From: Naegleria gruberi
Taxonomy: Eukaryota
Length of the DNA stretch: 64,000 nucleotides
Strand: one strand, 5' to 3'
Assembly: GCA_000004985.1 (NCBI GenBank)
Contig: GG738880.1
Within the stretch, counting starts at the first letter, position 1. Each line of letters begins with the position of its first letter. The notes below the pieces were generated by a model. The model saw nothing but the letters and a program-made list of their open reading frames with translations. It was not told the origin of the DNA and ran no database searches. Both the position numbers and the translations under genes were made by a program. Below, one piece after another: positions 21,451 through 33,603 of this stretch.

Positions 21451-22818
21451 ATGATTTTATTAGATTTAAAAATGTCTTCACCACAATTGGGCCAATCATC
21501 GGGTGTTGCTGTTGCTTCTCCCACAACATTGCAATCTCCCCGATTTCTACAACAGCAATCAATGATTACCTCTCCTAAACCTACTCTATTTGATTGGATC
21601 AAGGAACATTTATTGTTCATGAATAATTCAACTCCGTACAAGATTAATATTTCAAATATGGGTAAAAGTAATAGGAAACAACTTAATTTTGATAGATTTC
21701 AATTGGAAATACCTGTATTTTGTATAGGGGAGTGCAGTTTGTCAATTCATTTGTTTTATGATGGATCAAGACCTCATTCTCCTTTTGATTTTCAAATAAT
21801 TTCGGATTTGTCATCATCTTATCTGCAGAATTTCATGATTGACTCATCAAAATTGCAGAGTATGATTGAATGGAGAGATTTGTATATTAGATATTTGCAA
21901 CATCATGATGTTTCTAAAGAACTTTGTACATTTACATTTAGAACTATTAGTGAAATAATAGAATTTTTAACAGAATACTACAAGCTTGTAATTTCAAAAC
22001 ATAAGAATGATAATATTAGATTCGAATTTGATACTACTCAAAGTATTGGAGGAGCTAATTTTTATATTAAGGAATTATATTCAAATGATGGAACAGAATG
22101 CTCAACTGAGAAGATTTACTTTCTAGTTCCACTTTCAATTTCAGGCTTAGAAAAAATTGAGGAATATCAAAGATTATTCGATGTAAATACTATTCAATTA
22201 CCTGATTCCAAACCAAAACTACTTGTCGTCTACTCCTATGATAAGTCAAGAGATGTAATTGTTAATGTAAATACAGAAATTATCTATCCAACCAGTGTAA
22301 AGAACAGTAAGAGATTACAATGGTTGACACAAATTCCAATTCCATCATGGAATCAAGGTAAATCATGTATAATTGAATATATGTTAGAAGCTGTGGAAAA
22401 TATTGAATCTGAGGTTGAAAAGTACACTCAAAAACTCAAAGCTCGTCTAGAGTTTATCAAACAATTACTTGCTGCCTTTGGCAATCCTACAGACTTTTCT
22501 GAGAATGAATCTCTTACTAAGATTTCATTTCTAATGGAACGAGACAAGTTTCAATTCTTCCTTCACATTACACTTGAAAGAGAGGGTTTCCCAATTGTGC
22601 AACCAGTGATTAGAATGCAATCAACTCAATACTTTAAATCCTCGGATAGAGTTAAAGATAAATTATTGCCTGTTCGTGTTCGAGTACAACAATTGAACTG
22701 GACAGAAGGAGGGAGTGCTGAAGTGATGACAAAGAACGTTGAACAAATCCGTATTCAAGTTCTGGCCTTGTTGGGCGAATTTATCAAAGTTTGCCAATCG
22801 GAAGGAACAAGCCAATAA
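21451..22818 (+). CDS. BRISC/BRCA1-A complex member 2 (BABAM2/BRE/BRCC45)-like protein
   Basis: 455-aa ORF. The C-terminal region FLHITLEREGFPIVQPVIRMQSTQYF...W...MTK aligns with the BABAM2 UEV-like C-terminus ([26 protein letters not shown]...W...MAK). The N-terminal half shows weaker collinear similarity (FDFQIISDL...LQNF). There is no RING, so FANCL is excluded. Confidence 0.45.
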   Translation: MILLDLKMSSPQLGQSSGVAVASPTTLQSPRFLQQQSMITSPKPTLFDWIKEHLLFMNNSTPYKINISNMGKSNRKQLNFDRFQLEIPVFCIGECSLSIHLFYDGSRPHSPFDFQIISDLSSSYLQNFMIDSSKLQSMIEWRDLYIRYLQHHDVSKELCTFTFRTISEIIEFLTEYYKLVISKHKNDNIRFEFDTTQSIGGANFYIKELYSNDGTECSTEKIYFLVPLSISGLEKIEEYQRLFDVNTIQLPDSKPKLLVVYSYDKSRDVIVNVNTEIIYPTSVKNSKRLQWLTQIPIPSWNQGKSCIIEYMLEAVENIESEVEKYTQKLKARLEFIKQLLAAFGNPTDFSENESLTKISFLMERDKFQFFLHITLEREGFPIVQPVIRMQSTQYFKSSDRVKDKLLPVRVRVQQLNWTEGGSAEVMTKNVEQIRIQVLALLGEFIKVCQSEGTSQ

Positions 22819-22923
22819 ATAGTTTACTTTATTACTTTTCCAACAAGACAATAACCAATAATTAAAAATAAATAAGAATTGAATTTTATATTTTGAATTT
22901 TTAAATATATACCGGTAATTAGT

Positions 22924-23367
<444 letters not shown>

Positions 23368-23904
23368 TCAACAAACATTTTACAATAAAATATTTCTCTC
23401 TCATCCACAAGCTAAAAACCTGAACCAAATAAAATAGTAATATTTTGATTAATAATGAATATTTCATGAACGAAATTGAAGTCAATTTAATCTTTGAATG
23501 ATAATTCAGAATGAACGTGTGTTTGTTTCTTGAAAGTCTATACAACGTCCCTTTAAATCATTCTCTAAATTTTAAAGAAGAAACTTGAGGACTCCTTCAT
23601 TTCTGTAATTAAAAGAAAGAATTTCAATTTCCAAATTAAAAGAACACAACAGAATAAATTGATGATTCCATCATACAAATTGGTGTTCTATTAAATAATA
23701 GAATTAATATTCATTGAACATATTAATTTTAGGCTTTCCTTCCCGCCATACAGAATGCAAAATTCAAAAAAATTGCTCCACATTTTTGTTCGTCATCATC
23801 ACGACCCGATTTTTGGAATAATTACTCATCAATTCACTGCACGAGTTTTATAAATCGGATTATTCCTGCTACAACATAGTTAATAGTAGAGTTGATTTAT
23901 CGGA

Positions 23905-25551
23905 ATGTTTGATTTTTTAAAAAGATTTCTTCCAACAAGCCTTGGTGGAAACGTCACGCAAGAACCTATCAACAAGAGAAAGAGAGAGGATATGGCTGCA
24001 GACCAACATGATGAATTTGCTAATAATAATAATAACAATACAAAGAAAACAAAGCCAAACATACCAGAAATGCCAATAACGACAACAACATCAGAAAACA
24101 ACAAATTACCAAATACTACTCAACAAGTTAAGGATAGTAAAAAGGAAGAATCGAGTGAACTAGCAATATTCTTGAAAAAACAACAAGAAACGGAAAACCA
24201 AATAATACCTATACGATCCCATAAGAAGAAGAATGTGAAAAAAGCAAAATCTAAATTAATTTCCGAAAAACCAATACTAACAGATGAAGTAATTGTTTTG
24301 GATGATGACGAAGATGATTTGAAACATGCTTACAAAAAGTTAGATGGAAATCTTGTGAATGAAAAGTATATTCAAAACCACAGTGAGGCTATTCATACTA
24401 AGCTTAACACTCAACAAAAGGTCAATTCCGAAATCAAAGTTCCACATATGCCAGTGGGAGGAATGGTTACAGAAAAGAAGAATGAAAAGAAAGTAGAATC
24501 GGTACCTATTCGTGTACAACCAAAACCACCTATAATTATTTCTAGAAAGCTTTTCAACAATAAGGATAAGGGTCCAACACTCTTTAGAGGAGATCAAGTT
24601 GATAGATTAACATCAAAGTTGGATTCAATTTTATCATTGAAGGAAAAATCAGAGGAAACTAGAATCACTAGATCTTTCATTGAAAAGGAGGCCATAAATA
24701 GAGCATCATCTAAGATTATTTCAATACTTTGTAAAGAGCTTTTGGGAGAGGAAGCAAAAAAACTTCATGCTGATTCACTACCACAAGCAGTGTATAACAA
24801 ATTAGTTTCTGAAATTATTACAGAGACTGTTGCTAAGGAAAAAGAGACTTTCCCACTATCAGAAAGAGACAGGAATTTTGTGGCACAAATTTTCCGAGAT
24901 GCACACAAAAAACCTCAAGAAGTTCTTGTACTTAAATTCAATATTGACATTACTAGAGCTAAAATTCAATGTCTTAATGGACTTGAATGGCTAAATGATG
25001 AAGTAATCAACTTTTATCTCAACATGGTCAAAGAAAGAAGTGAAAAGAATCCAGACAAGTATCCTAAAATCCATGTTTTCAACACATTTTTCTATGCCAA
25101 GTTGACTGGTGAACATAATAACACTTATAATTATAGTGCTGTGAGAAGGTGGACCAAGAAAATTGATCTTTTAGAATATGATAAGATTATTATTCCTATC
25201 CACTTGTCAGTTCACTGGACTCTTGCAATAATTAATTTGAGAGATAGCAAATTTGAATTTTTTGATTCAATGAATGGTCATAGAACAGGTATGAAGGTAT
25301 TACAAAATTTGGAAAAATACTTAGTTGACGAGATTAAAGACAAGAAGGGTGTTACATACGAAACGTCTTCTTGGGAGAAGAGTATGCCACCAGTTCCTCA
25401 ACAAGCAAATGGATCAGATTGTGGAGTTTTCACTTGTAAATTTGCCAATTATGCTGCCCAAGATTTGCCATTTTCCTTTTCACAAAAACACATGCGTTAT
25501 TTTAGAGATAGAATGGTTTTGGAGATTGTTAGAGCTAAAGAATTACTATAA
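23905..25551 (+). CDS. SUMO-specific protease (Ulp1/SENP family, peptidase C48)
   Basis: 548-aa ORF with an N-terminal K/N-rich region. The C-terminal catalytic domain reads LEWLNDEVINFYLNMV...IHVFNTFFYAKL...IIIPIHLSVHWTLAI...FDSMNG...QQANGSDCGVFTCKFANYAA, carrying the conserved His, Asp and Cys triad context of Ulp1. Confidence 0.8.
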   Translation: MFDFLKRFLPTSLGGNVTQEPINKRKREDMAADQHDEFANNNNNNTKKTKPNIPEMPITTTTSENNKLPNTTQQVKDSKKEESSELAIFLKKQQETENQIIPIRSHKKKNVKKAKSKLISEKPILTDEVIVLDDDEDDLKHAYKKLDGNLVNEKYIQNHSEAIHTKLNTQQKVNSEIKVPHMPVGGMVTEKKNEKKVESVPIRVQPKPPIIISRKLFNNKDKGPTLFRGDQVDRLTSKLDSILSLKEKSEETRITRSFIEKEAINRASSKIISILCKELLGEEAKKLHADSLPQAVYNKLVSEIITETVAKEKETFPLSERDRNFVAQIFRDAHKKPQEVLVLKFNIDITRAKIQCLNGLEWLNDEVINFYLNMVKERSEKNPDKYPKIHVFNTFFYAKLTGEHNNTYNYSAVRRWTKKIDLLEYDKIIIPIHLSVHWTLAIINLRDSKFEFFDSMNGHRTGMKVLQNLEKYLVDEIKDKKGVTYETSSWEKSMPPVPQQANGSDCGVFTCKFANYAAQDLPFSFSQKHMRYFRDRMVLEIVRAKELL

Positions 25552-25556
25552 ATTAT

Positions 25557-28500
25557 TTATTTTGAAAACAATTTGGCCTGTGAGAGTAGTTCTGTACTTA
25601 ATTGAATGATATTGTTGCACTTTAATCCACAAGTTTCAAAATTGATAATGTCAGACGTATCTTGCTTTAAAGAGTTAGCTAAAAGAACCCATCCGCTCAA
25701 TCTCTTATAAAACAAGTCTACAACAGATTCATCCAAGCGTAGTATTGGAGTTGGGGCTTCTTTTGCTTGCTCTCCATCTTTTGGCTTAATATTCGTAAGA
25801 ATGGAGGCTGAGGATACTGTTTCCTCAGATGCTAATCTTCTTTTTGTGAGCTGTCTTTCTAATTTGAAATTTCGTTTCAAAAGCTCAAATAGATATCTGT
25901 CTGCTTTTAAGGTTTCATTGATATTGGAGGGTTTCTCATTTCTCATAGAATTGTCTTCCAAGAAAACTACTTTCTTTTTAGAGCTTGTTGGATAGTTCAA
26001 ATAACAACCTGTTTTGATTATTTTTCTAGATAGGCTCATCACTACTTGAATGTTAAACGGTGTAAGGAGAATATTCAAACATTTCTCAAATTCACTTTCG
26101 AATAATGAGAGCAAATTTAAATTGTGTAATAAATTTTGCAAATCTAAATCCAATCTGAAAGGAGAGCAATAATCTTTACGAGTGGCATGCACAAAAGCAC
26201 ATGCCATATTATCAAACAAAACTCTTCCTTTTTCCATATCAAATATAATAGAATCATCCCTAACATTGCCCAATCCAATAAACCAACTAATAGCAGACCA
26301 TTTAGCAAGGTCTCTAACAACCCTTTCACACATGTCGTACCAGGAATTTTTGTAAATGTGATATTTCGTTATTAAGACAGTGTTTTTCTTCTTGGTTTCC
26401 ACATCATAGGACATGAGTGAATAGTGTTGGGATGCGTGCTGAGAAAAATATTGGAATAATACAGTTTCTGGCTTTTTGAGAGAAAAATTGAGTGATTTCA
26501 AAGACTGTAAATCCACAAATGAAGAGTTTGATTGTTTTCTAATTACTTTGAAATAATTTCCTCCCATCTTCATAATTGGTATCATTTCCAACTGTTCCAT
26601 CCCAATAAAATTCCCAATTGCATTCGAGGTTAACATTTCCAAATTTGAGGCATCCATGGTTGGAATGGGAGAAAGTGTAATGGCGAGACTTTCTTTTGAG
26701 GTTTCCTGATCAAAATCTCTATCAATTTGAATTCGCATCTCCCACAAATTATTGTTATTTTCATATGAAAATTTGGAAATTTCGATCGAGTTAACAAATT
26801 GCATCCATTTAAAACCAGTATCCTTTGCTGTTGATTTTCCAATATATTTAAACAGTTCCAATAATGAATTAAAGAATTCTTCTTTGTTAACTGAGGATTC
26901 CAAATTATTATGTAGCACATTATTGATCACTGATAAGGAAGCTTGAATCATTTTAAATTTGTGGTCATCACAATATTCCATAAATTTTCTGAACATTTCC
27001 AAGTTGCAAAATCTAAGAAAGTCCAAAACAAAGTTAATATTTTCCAGAGATGAATACTTTTGAATCGATTTGTAAGAGTTCTTAAAGAGAAATAATGATA
27101 CTAATCGGTTCAATTCTTCTCCATTGAATGTCTCAATAATGAAGGAGAAAATTTTAGCCCATCCCGTACAGAATGTAACACTTTCAAGCATGTCTTTGTC
27201 AATAAATCTGTATTCTATAAGATATGACAGTATATTGATGCAATGTTTTAGCTCTGTTACTGTCATTGAATTCTTACAATCTATTAATTTTGAAATATTC
27301 TCCAAAAAATCAAATATTAATAAATGTACACAATAGAAAACCGATGGCTTTTGTGTTTCTAAATCTGGTTGATAAGTAAATGATCCAAAATTGGAAGGGC
27401 ATAGGTTAGTGCATGTTTGGGAGAGAATTTCTTCCATTGTGAAATTTCTATTTGAATACTTATTGTTGGAAACTACAGATGAGAATAGGATGATTACAGA
27501 TTCTAGTGTTATAGTTCTTAAACAAAAGGAAATATTTTCAGGTAGTTCTATTTTAGAAGAGAGTAGCGCATAACCTATTCTCCAATCTAGCATTCCATTG
27601 TCTTGTGAAATCTTCCTAAGACCAAAGGTATCCTCATTTTTGATTGGATTATCTGTATTGGTAATGAATTCAACAAACTCTTTCCAATCTACCTTTTTTG
27701 ATTTTCGTATTGTAGTCTTTGATTGAAGTAAGAGCTGCTTTCTGACAAAATCGAATACTTTTGTGGAATCTCTTTCAAGAGAAGCATAGCAATCAGATAA
27801 CATTGAACAAAAAAGATTCAAAAACTCTCCACATGTTTTGAGTTCGATTTTGTTCAATCTGAATTTCAAAGATTCATCCTTAATTGACCATTCATGTAGA
27901 ATGAAATTTAAATTAATGGATATATCTTCAATATTACTAGTTTGTTCACAAATGATTTGAATTCTTTCATGAATAACAGCATCACTCGAAGTATCATTAA
28001 ATATATAGAAAATACATTTCCAAAATAGAGAATTTTTCTTTCCATGTATAAATTTAGAATCAAATTCTTCACTTATTACTATTTGTATAGGTTCCTCTGT
28101 TGTTTGTTTGTTTGTTTCTAGATTCATTTCTTCAACTGTTTCTACAAGTGGCTCTGTATTTCTATCAATAAAATCTTGGGCTAAGTCTAATAAACTATGG
28201 CGATTCAAATACCATTCAGAAGAATCCACAGTATGAATTGAAGAGTCAGATTGTGAAAGTTTCATAATATGAAGAAGGATAAGATGTGACTCAACAACAG
28301 GCTCCTTATATCTACTTGTAATTGATTCTACTGTTTTAACATAATCAATGATGGTATTTGTAGACAAATTCTCAATAGAACTAAAAATGTTTCTACTAGA
28401 ATTATTGGATTCGGGGTTCATTCCCTGCAATATATCAAAGAAGGGAGTCTTTTGATCTCTCCTACTCAGTTCGTATTGAATCCATTGTAAACAGGTGGAA

Positions 28501-31500
28501 GAGATCTTATCTTTGAGTACCAACTCTATTACTTTGATTTTTTCTGTTGTTAAAAGCTTGTTCTCAGTAAGCATCTTCTTGATAATATTCTCATAGGTGG
28601 TGGTGTTAATTTGTCGAGCAAAGTTGGCCAAATCTGATACAGTGTTCATTTCTTTCGAGTTGAGGAATGAAACATCTCCTTTCTTTAGAGTTTCCACTAG
28701 TTGGTAGTTGATTTTTTGTTCAGAATTCATTGAGTCAGAGTACGACTTGAGGAATAACTCGAAATTCTTCTTTTTCTCATCCTCTCTTATAGATCTATCC
28801 AATAGATTCTTTGCAAACAAGTAGGGAATAACATCAGGATACTCATTGGAAATTTTCTGAATGAAACTATCATTGGAATTAGTTAAAGATATGTATGATC
28901 CCAATATTTCACAAATATTTTCCTTATACAACCCTTTCAAATAATTCAAATAGGGCCAAAGATTATTAAAACCCATCTTGAACTCCTCAATCAATGAGGA
29001 ATATTCAATATTTGCATTGGATCTATTAAACTTGTTTAGAGTAACTCTTAATTTGAATAAATCAAACTCTGATAGCAGCTGTCTGGTCTCAATCGATTTG
29101 GCTTGCATTTTGATAATACTCAAATCTAGTTTCGATAAATATGATTCAAGATTATCGTTTAGGCCTATAAGAAAAGCAATTTTACATAGAGGATATAGCG
29201 TGTCAATTCTTGCAAATCTTGTAGAACCCATATTATTAGAAATTATCAGTGCTTGCTTTTTCATATTATTGGTGAGTAAATAAATTATTATCCATTGCCA
29301 ACAAGAAGTTTGAAACTTGGGATCAATTTCTTTAAGTGCTTGTTGTGCCTTTTCATAGAATTGAGTTTGATAGTATTGACTAGAGGGTGATCGTAAACTG
29401 AACTTCAATTCAAATATGATTGTCTTTGGTTTTTTCATGTAATCAGCACTTATACTGTGAATTGGATTCAGTGTTGAGAAGTAGCTCTCATTTGAAATGT
29501 AAGATATGTTTGCCTTAAGAAAGTGAATTGAAGATTTGTAGTTTTCCAAATTGAATATTTGGGCATGTTCAATCATGTTTGTTTTAAGCCAGTCTGGAAT
29601 ATTCTCAACAATTTTCTCAAGCTTTTCAAGCTCAGTTCTTGATTTTTCTATATCAAAATGATTGACATAGTATTTGGTTCCTAGTTTTAGTTTTTTGAGT
29701 TGAAATTCAATTGTGATTGGATTGAAATCTCTGTATACACTCGAAAAATTAGAGTCATCCAAAATATAGAATGTCTTTAACCGTAGATAGACGTATTCGT
29801 AATTCTTTGGGCTAGATCTTTGTAGATTTGATAATATTTGAAGAGCTTGCCTTGAAGATATGGTACTCTTCTTTTTGTAAAGAATTTTGGCTTGCAATAA
29901 CTGAAACTCTGGCGAAAGTTCACTAATATTTGAAACCTTAGGTATGTATTGTGATGCATTATTATAATCTTCAATGTTGTAATGATAAAGTGCTTTTTCA
30001 AAATCCACAGCAGATAAATTTCCACTTCCTTTATATCAAAAATTAATTAATTCGATAGATGAACTACACTTACTTGTTGCTTCGACCAAGCTTGTTTCAA
30101 TATATTTCCTAAGTTTTGAATTTGTTTTCAATGCACATTTCCCCATTCTATTGTAAGCATAAACTTGCATATAGTACGAAGAGTCATCCCTTTTAGTGAC
30201 CTCATCAAAAATCCACTTTGAATAGTCTAATAATTTCCAAGGACTTCCAGCACTTGCCAATGATATATAGTACCAGAAAAAAGTTGAGGAATCTTTACCT
30301 CCTGGCTTTTTGCCAATCATTACATGTCTGTCATAGAATAACTGCATCAAGATGAGTGATGTTTTGGCACATCCAAGTTTTGTTAAGTAGAACCACAATA
30401 GACGTAATGTTTGTGGATATTGAGAGCAAATGCTTTGGATTGTATAGTTATTGTAAATATCTTGAGTAAAGATAATTGGATCAATATTGAAAGAAGTTAA
30501 CAAGTATGAAAGAGCTCCCTCTATATCACCATTATAGTACTTCAATAGAGAAACATTATTACAAGCAGATTTTTCAATTTCAACAGATCTAAAACCAAGT
30601 GGTAATTGATTAAATCCAAACTGAAGTTTGGTACTATTTAGAAATCGTTCAAAAATAGTCGAGTTTGCATTGAATTGATTGGAATCGTCCTGAGATAAAA
30701 GCGAATCCAATAAGTTTTTCTTATATTCCAAACTTGCTAAACAATCACTCCCTGAAAATAATTCCAAAGCTTTTGTAATTACATTTTGTGCCAACTCATA
30801 ATTCCCTGTTTCCCAATAAATATCCACAATATTTTCAATTGATATTATTTGATATGGTGCTAATTCTAATCCCTTCATAAAAAATTCAATAGATTGCTTA
30901 TATAAACATCTATCTTTAAAAATAATTCCAAATAAATGATAAATTGATGGATTATTTGGATCTCTCTGTTTCATTTCATCCAAAATATGTATTGCCTCTG
31001 AATCCCAGCCCATATTATGTTTGATTAGTGCCAATGTTAATAAATAGGCAGTGTTATTTGGTTCACACTTTTTTGCTTTATAGCAACATTGAATGGCCTC
31101 TTCGTATTCCTCATGAATCATGTAAATTTCAGATAATGCTATCCAAGCATCAAAACTCGAATCTGTTTGTTTAATTATATTCAAGAAATATCCCTCAGCC
31201 CTATCTATATCATTTAATATCCTCAAATATCTTATTCCATTGTTTTTTATATTGAATTTCTCAATAAAAATACTTACAAATATCCTAAATTCAATAGTGG
31301 ATTAATTATTAAATGTTCATTTCTAATTTGTTGACTTTTTTGAAGGGAATATGTAAATGATTCGATGGATTTTTCAATTTCACCTCTATGTAATTGTAAG
31401 ACTCCAATATTATTAGTTACAAGAATATCCTCTTTTAGTAGTTCCTTTTTTCTCCCTATTAATTCTTTTGATTTTGCAAAACTGTCAAACGAAGATTGTA

Positions 31501-31671
31501 AATCTCCAATTTTATAATATAAATATCCTAATGTATTATATCCAACAATACTATTTTCGTTTGTTATTGATTTAGACACTTTAATATTTAAACAACAATA
31601 TCCGATAATTATTTACCTCGATCTATTAAATTATTTATTTCGGAAGTGTTATCCGAGAGGTGTGGAATCAT
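25557..31671 (-). CDS. Giant (~1995 aa) TPR/FAT-like protein ending in a degenerate PI3K/PIKK-type kinase domain (pseudokinase); possibly TRRAP-related
   Basis: Proposed exons: 31617..31671 (ATG; MIPHLSDNTSEINNLIDR), 31278..31578, 30074..31230 and 25557..30028. Introns: 31579..31616 (38 nt), 31231..31277 (47 nt) and 30029..30073 (45 nt), all phase-consistent. The N-terminal ~600 aa hold clear TPRs (AYLLTLALIKHNMGWDSEAIHILDEMKQRDPNNP...). The C-terminus has PIKK spacing: ...FKVIRKQSNSSFVDLQSLKS...WFIGLGNVRDDSIIFDMEKGRVLFDNMACAF...SPFRLD.... That matches GLGDRHxxNIMx6GxLFHIDFG with DRH->NVR and DFG->DNM, so the catalytic residues are lost. A FATC-like ...LFYKRLSGW lies near the end. Confidence 0.6.
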
Positions 31672-31708
31672 TTTTTTTGGTCGTATTTACAATTGTTTGT
31701 CTTACTTA

Positions 31709-33087
31709 TTAATATCCTGAAAGCTTTGAAGAGGACATCTTCTTTCCAGTTTTGCGTGGATCACCATTACGTTCAATTTCAGCACATTCATGAGTGATTG
31801 GATTATACTGAACAAATCTCTTATTAGGACTAGGTGTTGAAAGACCATTCTGTGAATAAAAAGATTGAGCAGTTGTTGTGTAAAAGTTTTGAGGATTTGA
31901 AGAGTAGAAGCTCTGAGATGATGGACTTCTGAATGGCTGTGGTTGATTGTTATATGATGAAGGACTCCTGTACATTTGAGGAGGAGGAGAGGTATATTGT
32001 GGAGATGCATACACATTTTGAGATGAAGGACTTCTGTACTGAACAGGTGATTGATTATTCGTAGTTCTATATTGCACTGCTTGATTATTTTGTGGACTCT
32101 TATTAGCGCTTTGGATTGGGTATTGGCTATAGTTTGTTTGAGGTGGATGTTGACTATAGTTGTTTTGTGGGCTCGAATAATTTTGAGGACTGGAATAATT
32201 ATTTTGTGGACTATATCCAGTTTGAGGGGAATAATCATTCTGAGTGTAACTTGGTGGTGATGGTTCTGGTTGATTTAGTGTTCTACTATCAATAGTACTC
32301 ATCATAATTGGAGTGATTGCAGTTAGGTCACTATCATTTCTCTTTAGTGGAGGTCTTTGAGATGGAACCTCATTAGAGGATGAAATAGTAGGATTTGGAA
32401 CCAATAAGGGAGCCCCACTAACAAAATACTGCTTAAATACAACAAAATTATTGCTTTGAGGAATATAGTCAGAGAGTCCGTAGTGTCTTCTAAGGAAACC
32501 AATAAGCTTTGGAGATGGTCTGTCGTAGGCAAATCTTTCAGGAGATGTTTTCTCAAAAGCTAGCATTGCTTCAAAGAGTATTTTACCAATACCTTTCCTT
32601 TGCACTGCTTCACTAACGTAAAAATCCAAAACACAAAGTGGTTCAATTTCCTTGAAATCTCCAGTCATACTCTGATAATAATTACTAAATAGTGTAGCGA
32701 CGCAATACTTACTCTATAGAATAGCTTTTTTCTTCCTACTTTTAAAATTCCAAATGCCTTATTATCTACACTATAAAGATAGAGATTATTATCATTAAAT
32801 TGAATTTTTGATGATGTTGTTATTGCTGTAGGAAGAACTTGGGCCTAAAAATCATCACATAATAATAAATATCAATTAGTGTTGCCAATAAAACTAACCT
32901 TTGCCGATGCATCACCCATTCTATCAATAACAGAGCAAATTACATTGTAATATTCCGCCTTTTTAGATTTAAGCAATGTAAGGGTTGTTTTGTTCCACAA
33001 TGAAATACAAGGATCATCTATATTGTTGTTGGGATTCAAAGTAAACGCCTTTGAGATACGTTGGATGTTGTGATGACCAAAATCCAT
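31709..33087 (-). CDS. Alpha-tubulin N-acetyltransferase (ATAT1 / MEC-17) with a long Y/S/P/Q-rich C-terminal tail
   Basis: Exons 32899..33087 (MDFGHH...[15 protein letters not shown]), 32713..32844 ([44 protein letters not shown]) and 31709..32671 ([83 protein letters not shown]...). Introns: 32845..32898 (GTTAGT..TTTTAG) and 32672..32712 (GTAAGT..TCAG), both phase 0. The catalytic core aligns near-identically with human ATAT1 ([22 protein letters not shown]...AIDRPSQKLLKFLNKHYNL...QVNNFVIFEGFF). Residues ~100–300 of exon 3 are degenerate YSPQNN/SPSSQ repeats. Confidence 0.9.
31830..32290 (-). repeat. Degenerate tandem Y/S/P/Q/N-rich coding repeats (prion-like low-complexity tail of ATAT1)
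   Basis: The translation reads [39 protein letters not shown]...[55 protein letters not shown]. The DNA shows recurring ggactat/ggagtat/tgaggact motifs. Confidence 0.7.
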
Positions 33088-33116
33088 CTTGATGCTTGTT
33101 TTTAATACAATATGAA

Positions 33117-33166
33117 GTTGCGCCTTTTTTTAGACGAGAAAGTACAATTTTCTGTTGGCGCGCTTT
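33117..33166. promoter_or_regulatory. GC-rich promoter motifs upstream of ATAT1 (GCGCCTTTTTTT at 33120..33131; palindromic TTGGCGCGCTTT at 33155..33166, E2F-like)
   Basis: These are rare GC cores in an AT-rich spacer 30–80 bp upstream of the ATAT1 ATG (33087, minus strand). The second is a palindromic E2F-type TTGGCGCGC. The first resembles the GGCGCCCTTTTTT element at 42362. Confidence 0.3.
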
Positions 33167-33603
33167 CAAGTACATTTACACCAATTAGGTTGTTGAGGGT
33201 GGACAAAGTTGCCATTAATGGATGCCTTATGTGTTCATATCACCACAAACTGAAGTGGAATTTAATTTTAAAATCACCTCAACACCTGAAACAATACTAG
33301 GTATTTTTTACTTCCTTATTAAGCAAAATAACATGCAGCAACCACAATGTTATTGTTTAAAAAACAGACTCTCTGGTGGTTAGATCCTAAATGGAATTAT
33401 TGGCCATATGTGAAAATAATTCAAATTGGAATTATAAATTCAACAGCAATATTTGAAACTTTAAGTTTCTTGCTCATATTGCAACCTGAAGTTTCCATTT
33501 GTTTCCACCTTCTTTGGCTTTATCAATATCTCCAAATGAATTAAAGCAATCAATATATTTGTTTTCATCACAAACGAAATACATTCTTAAATATAATTCA
33601 AAA

